From the NCBI RefSeq assembly GCF_009914755.1, contig NC_060928.1: a stretch of 64,000 nt of DNA; one strand, written 5' to 3'. This document shows, one piece after another, positions 58,470-64,000 of the stretch. The translations under genes and the position numbers were made by a program. Source of the DNA: the human T2T-CHM13v2.0 reference genome, Homo sapiens. The notes beneath the pieces were generated by a model. That model did no database searches. It saw only the letters and a list, made by a program, of their open reading frames with translations, and was not told the origin of the DNA. Position 1 is the first letter of the stretch, and each line of letters starts with the position of its first letter.

Positions 58470-60260
58470 ATTTTTATTTTGCAGTAAATAAGACAAAAAC
58501 ATTTATTTGTTGGCAATATGGCATATACAAAGAATATCCAAGAAAATGATTTGAAAACCCTTGTATGAACAAAATGATTCTAAAAATGGATCAGGTATAT
58601 GAAGGATACAAAAAATCAAGAGTTTTCCAGTGTAATAATTACTACTTAGCAGATGTAATGAAAGAAAATTATTTCATTTCGAATAGCAAGAAAATATTAT
58701 CAAGGGAGAATTCTAAGAAGAAATACCATGATTCACATTAATTACAGAACTTCACCAAAAAAAAGAGAAAACTCATGTGTAGAGACAAAATATTCCTCAT
58801 GAGAGTATTTTAAATATCTCAGTTATTTCCAAATTAATATACACTCATTACAATTCTAAGTGAAAAGAATAGTAGGATCATTTTAGGACTGTGAAATAAA
58901 GGTTTGAGTGTTTATTTGGAATGATTAAAAACTTAAAGGAGCTAAATGCCTTTTTTTTGAGAAAAAATAAACTGGAATCTTGCCTATTAAGACAATAGGC
59001 CTGATAGATTTAAAAAATATTATAAAACTAGAAATACATCATTTGTTGTTATAAGAATTGATAAACTAATCAAACAATAGTGTATATGTTGTGTATATAT
59101 GTTTATGTAATATAATATTCATTGAAATTTATTTATACATATAGAGGTAGATGGATGGATTCTTCAACAAATGGCATTGAGAAATGGCCTTTTTCTTCAC
59201 AGTGGGAATGGGGGATTTACCTTAAACCTCATTATATCATGTACCAATATCAAGCCCAAGTGAATCAAAAAGTTAAGTATAAAAAAACTCTAAAATATAC
59301 TAGAAGAAAATTTAAATATTAACAGAATAGGTGTGTATCATCTAAGAATATACACTATGTAAGAAAATACAAATGAAATAAAGAATTTAAAATTTTTGTA
59401 TGGGAAAAACCTCCAAAAGGTGAATGAGAAACTAGGAAAATGTAATAAACTATACATAAGAAGTTAATATGCTTACTATATGAAGACTTTCAAAGAGCAA
59501 TGAAAAAATGTTTTAGTTCCCAACAGAAAAACTGACAATGGTGTAGACAATTCATACAATAAAAAAGACAAATGGCCACAAAAAACTGTGTAAACTCTCA
59601 AACTCACTAATCATAGAAAAGCAATTAAAAGACTGGGCACAGTGGCTCATGCCTGTAATCCCAGCAATTTGGGAGGTCTAGGTGGGTGGATCACCTGAGG
59701 TCAGGAGTTTGAGACCAGCCTGGCCAACATGGTGAAACCTCATCTCTACTAAAAGTACAAAAGGTAGCCCGGCATGGTGGTGTGTGCCTGTAATCCCAGC
59801 TACTCAGAAGGCTGAGGCAGGAAAATAACTTGAACTTGAGAGGCAGAGGTTGCAGTGAGCTGAGATCTGAGATCGCACCACTGAACTCCAGCCTGGGCGT
59901 CAGAGTGAGACTTTGTTTAAAAAAAAAAAAAAGAAAGAAAAGCAAGTAAAAATAAGTTGTAATAAATGCCAAAAACACAGAAATCCTCAATGTTGCTGAA
60001 GATATGATTAGACAGACTGTTTTATATACTGCTGGCCAAATCTAAATAGAAATATTATTTCTTAGAAAACAGATTTTTAGGAAAACTGATTTATATACAT
60101 TTATCTTTGCATGATTTAATAAGAAAATTATAAACCTAAATATCCAATTATAAGGGAATGTGTGTATCACTTTTGTTACATCTATAAAAGATACCACTAG
60201 TAAATATTTAGCTTTTGGAGAAGAGCATTTATTATTTTTTAATAATATGGAAGTAACATT
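58470..60260 (+). mobile_element. Highly diverged L1M (L1ME-like) ORF2/3' fragments, interrupted by an Alu
   Basis: A-rich, with L1-like patches: ttcttcaacaaatggcattgagaaa, ctaaaatatactagaagaaaat, aatccaattataagggaatg. Confidence 0.55.
59631..59935 (+). mobile_element. AluS (Sx/Sz-like), full length
   Basis: Complete dimer. TSD agaaaagcaattaaaa (59615-59630) / agaaaagcaagtaaaa (59936-59951); internal 7-bp duplication tgagatc. Confidence 0.95.
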
Positions 60261-60649
60261 ATAATTATAAAAAAATCAGAGATAATGAAAAACATAACAA
60301 AAAATGACCTATAGTTCATCCACACAAACACTTTCTATCTTTAAAGTTAAAATTAAACTGTATAATAAGTTAAAATTAAGCTGTAAACAATGTTATATAT
60401 ATGTGTGTTACAAAAAAAAATGAATGGAAATTCCTCAAAAAAAAAAGTATTTGAATTAAGGCAGATGCTGTTGTGACCATTCTTTGATCTACTAAAACTT
60501 TTTCTGAACAGCAATTGGAATAGAATATGTACGTGTGGTGGATTATTTGCAAAGACAGCCATGAGTAAGTCCTTCCATCCCTGTATATGTATGCCTCTCC
60601 TTCTATGAAGAGGCAAAGTCTGTTTTCCTCTGCCCTTGAATTTGGGCTG

Positions 60650-60977
60650 TGATATGGTTTGGCTTTGTGTCCCCACCCAAATCTCATCTTCAGTTGTGGT
60701 TAAGGGAAAGACCTCATGGGAGGTGATTGTATCGTGGAGGCAGTTTCCTCCATGCTGTTCTCATGACAGTGAGTGAGTTCTCATGAGATCTGATGGTTTT
60801 ATAAGGGGCTCTTCCCCCTTTGCTCTTCCACTCTTCTCTCTCTGATGCCATGTGAAGAAAGTCCCTTTGCCTTCTGCTATAATTGTAAGTTTCCTGGGGC
60901 CCGCCCAGCCATGTGGAACTGTGAGTCAATTGAAACTCAGGTATTTATTTATAGCATTGTGAAAACAGACTAACATA
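60650..60977 (+). mobile_element. THE1 (D-like) solo LTR
   Basis: tgatatggtttggctttgtgtccccacccaaatctcatctt...gtgaaaacagactaacata. Perfect 5-bp TSD ggctg (60645-60649 / 60978-60982). Confidence 0.9.
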
Positions 60978-61049
60978 GGCTGGTTGTGTGACTCATTTTG
61001 ACCAGTGGACTGTGTTGAAGTGATATTGGTTGACGCCTGGACCTAGATC

Positions 61050-61360
61050 TTTTTTTTTTTTTTTTAATTTACCAAGTTTTTTTTTTTCCTTTTTTTTTCC
61101 TTTTCTTTTATTATTATACTTTAAGTTTTAGGGTACATGTGCACATTGTGCAGGTTAGTTACATATGTATACATGTGCCATGCTGGTGTGCTGCACCCAC
61201 TAACTCGTCATCTAGCATTAGGTATATCTCCCAATGCTATCCCTCCCCCCTCCCCCCACCCCACCACAGTCCTCAGAGTGTGATGTTCCCCTTCCTGTGT
61301 CCATGTGATCTCATTGTTCAATTCCCGCCTATGAGTGAGAATATGCGGTGTTTGGTTTTT
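61050..61360 (-). mobile_element. Young, severely 5'-truncated L1 (L1PA2-type) 3' end
   Basis: cccactaactcgtcatctagcattaggtatatctcccaatgctatccc and ccatgtgatctc are PA2-type (GAG rather than ACA); about 250-bp body plus a compound T tail. Confidence 0.9.
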
Positions 61361-61638
61361 AGAGACTTTGCAGCTTCCGTTTGTCACTCTCTTAGAAGCC
61401 ACCCATCATGTAAAGAATTCCAGCTACTGGCTAGAAAAAAGTCCATGGGGACAGAGACAAAAATCTTGGAGGAAGAAAGATCATAAAGTAGAGAGGTCCA
61501 GACAACTCCCAGTTATTCTAGCCATCCCAGTTGAATGGCAGATTTATAGATGAAGCCGTCTTAGATCCTCTGGCCTTTCCTAGTGAAATGTATGCAAATG
61601 AAAGAATTGTTTGCTATTTTCTTCTTTTATAAAGCCAT

Positions 61639-62426
61639 TGATGATGAAATAAAACGAAATTCTGCCAAAATAGATGTCAAGAGGCTTATTCTGAGCCAGT
61701 ATGAGTGACCATGGCCTGGGGTTATACAACCTCAAGGGGTCCTGGGAAAGTGTATCTGAGGTAGTCAGGTTATAGTTTGGATTTATATGTGGAAGATTCT
61801 GCAGGGTGAGGTGGGACATCTCAGTGTGGAGTTGGGGGTTGTGTAGTGGGCAACTTGTAAGTCATAGGTGGGTTTTAGGGATTCTTTAGTTGACAGTTGA
61901 TTGAGAGAGTTAAACTATTGTCCAAAGACTTGGATTCGGTAGAAAGGAATGCTTGAGTTAAGGTTTTTCTTATGTAGATAAAGCCTCTCAGGTAGCAGCC
62001 CTGGGTGAGAATAGATGGGAAATATCTCTTTTCAAGCCTTAAAGGTGTAAGACTCACAGTTAATCTCTCCTAGATCCAGGAAAGGCCTAGAAAGGATAGA
62101 CCTGCCTGCATTAATGGAGATTCTCTACAGATGCAAATTTCTCCCACAAAATATGACTTTGCAGGGCCATTTCAATTTGTTGGCCCTGTGGTAGTTATTT
62201 CTAAATACATCAAATAAAAGTATTTTGGGATGAAATATTTTGATTTCCTTCAGGATTTGCTATCTATCATGTGATGCTACACCAGAGTCAGGTTGGAAAG
62301 CAAGCCACATTATATGTGATTAATAATAAACATCTAATGAGATTTTGTGATTTGTAGGGCAATACCTTCTAGGCCCCTTAGATGGGAATTTTGGCAAGAG
62401 AAGAAAAGGTCAGATTTTAGTCCTCA
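61639..62426 (-). mobile_element. MER4-group (MER4D-like) ERV1 solo LTR
   Basis: TG...CA termini; ttattctgagccagtatgagtgaccatggcc, taatggagattctctacagatgcaaattt, ggtcagattttagtcctca. 4-bp TSD ccat (61635-61638 / 62427-62430). Confidence 0.85.
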
Positions 62427-63037
62427 CCATTAAGTATTGTGGTGTTTTGTTATACAATAGGAGGTAACTGAAATGTTGTGTGAACCAGATCTGGCTAATG
62501 AGGAGAGGAGCTTCTGAGGCACAGAGCTGATGGGCAGGTACCTTTTTTTCTTTTTGCTCCTTTCTTTTTCTCCTTCCTGAAACAGGATTGTTGCAAATGC
62601 AGCAGCAATTTTATGATCAAGAAATGAAAAGCACGAGGATGAAGACCTATAAGTTAAGGATAGTGGAGAAGAGAGAGAGAGAGAGAGCCAGAGCCAATGC
62701 TAATGACATTGCTAATGACATCCCTGAACTACCATGCTTTCCTCACTTCTGTCTATCCATAGAATTCTTGTAGTTGAATAAGCACTTAAATGGTTGCATG
62801 TTAAATTTTTCTATTACGGTTGTTGTTCCTTGCCCTTGAATGTAATTTAAATGGACTCAGCAGATTTTAAAATTTTCATTAGAATTTTAAGACTTTACAA
62901 AATTTATGACATAATTGTATATAGCAGATTCAGGTTACAAATATAATGGTACTAACAGTAAGAAAAGTATCCATTTCTGTCTGTCTATTTTATAATCTAC
63001 TGGAGATAGAATAGGATGGGATACTACTCCTTTTTCA

Positions 63038-63627
63038 TGTAGTTTTTTTTTTTCTTCTTCTTCTCTTCACAAAACCCGCACCACTATCTCACTGATGCTA
63101 TGCCCACTAACCCCAGGCTTTAGTCACACATAGGAAATAGCTGCCATTCTGTGCTTTCATAATGGTTAACCATGCCTTTCACTTAAAGAATTCCAGAAAT
63201 TGGCTTTAGGAGAACTAAACATTGAATGAATCTTGTGAAGTGTCCCACCTTGGGAAGGAATGCTGAACAATTGATGTATAGCCTTATTGCTGCTGGCCAG
63301 ACCACCAGGTAGCCCATTACTCAAGAAAACCATAGCAACAAGATGCGCTGACCTGCATACCCTACTTCTCATGTGCTTTGCCCAGCTCAGCCTGCATACT
63401 TTACCCCTGATGTCAATTCCTGTGCTTTGCTTAATAAAAATAAAAAAATACCTCTTGCAGATTTTAGGCTTTTTCAGAGAGCCAGCCAGAGGATCCTTCC
63501 ACCTCACCTCTGCTGTCTCCCTTTTGCTCAACCACAAGTCCCAAAATAAAAATCTTGTCTGGGAAATCTGCTTGGCCCTGTGTTAACTTCTGTTACATGG
63601 GAGCCAAAGAGCCTGTGGTCTGTAACA
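63038..63627 (+). mobile_element. ERV1 LTR (MER67-like), acting as a 5' LTR
   Basis: tgt...gtaaca termini, internal cctgcatac repeats, aataaa signals; ttaaagaattccagaaa...gggaaggaatgctgaacaattgat resembles MER67. Confidence 0.75.
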
Positions 63628-64000
63628 GGTTCTCTGGCAACCATGACGGGATTATAGGACGTGGTGAGCATTTTTCTCCAAGGAGGAGGCTTGTGAGCCA
63701 GCATGATGGCGGGGTGTGCCTGCCTCCTTCATGGGTGACAGGTGGTCACCTGAATCTTTGATTCAGCATTGCCACAACTGGTGAGTTTTCTTCTTGCCTC
63801 CCCGAGACTGCCAGACAATGCTTCTCTCTTCTCCTGTCCCCTATTTGTTGTGTCTTTTTCCTTCCTCTTTCCTCCTACTTTTCCTTCACTTTTCATTAAC
63901 TTCATCAGCTCAAATTGAATAGACACCTGTGCAGGACAGATTGCAATGGCTGATTGGTTCAGCTGGTAGGACTGTCATCTTTAAGTCTGCTAAGCGCTTT
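63628..64000 (+). mobile_element. ERV internal leader region, continuing beyond the window
   Basis: Follows the LTR and PBS. Candidate major splice donor ctg|gtgagt at 63781, then a pyrimidine-rich leader. Confidence 0.65.
63635..63652 (+). other. Retroviral primer-binding site, tRNA-Arg-like
   Basis: tggcaaccatgacgggat, 8 nt after the LTR end. It differs at 2 positions from TGGCAACCACGAAGGGAT, the recalled complement of a tRNA-Arg(TCG) 3' end. Confidence 0.7.

Larger units (their letters stand above)
60534..62475 (+). mobile_element. MLT1 (G/H-like) LTR split by three later insertions
   Basis: Starts tgtggtggattatttgcaaagacagcca. The pieces rejoin across the insertions (gggctg|gttgtgtgact; ctagatct|agagactttgcagcttcc; aaagccat|taagtattgtggtgttttgttat...taactgaaa). 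Confidence 0.7.

Noticed and set aside
63166-63761. 99-123-aa ORFs near the right end
   Set aside because: They lie within the LTR and leader, lack gag/pol/env motifs, and several have non-ATG starts.

Overview
AT-rich, CpG-poor primate genomic DNA, most likely human or another great ape, since AluY, L1PA3 and L1PA2-type elements are present. The window is intergenic or intronic and I find no credible host protein-coding exon. Most of it is interspersed repeats: Alu, L1, L2, L3/CR1, MIR, MaLR/ERVL/ERV1 LTRs and DNA-transposon MITEs. Subfamily names come from recalled consensus sequences and need RepeatMasker/Dfam confirmation. Main elements: (1) a fragmented processed pseudogene of MSMO1 (SC4MOL) at about 30.72-31.47 kb, missed by the ORF track, with a nonsense codon, a hairpin insertion and a large internal deletion; (2) a full-length, 6160-bp, retrotransposition-dead L1PA3 (42872-49031) inserted in an older antisense L1 with a perfect 16-bp TSD, keeping the ZNF93-target segment, a 485-aa endonuclease-containing ORF2 stub and a 162-aa antisense ORF0 that reads out into flanking DNA; (3) two multi-layer nests of elements (38.4-39.9 kb and 60.5-62.5 kb); (4) an MLT2A1 LTR with two DUX4-type motifs; (5) an ERV1-type 5' LTR with a tRNA-Arg-like primer-binding site running off the right end. 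I see no convincing wholly new biological system. The best leads are the retrocopy and the L1 ORF0 and endonuclease-only ORFs.
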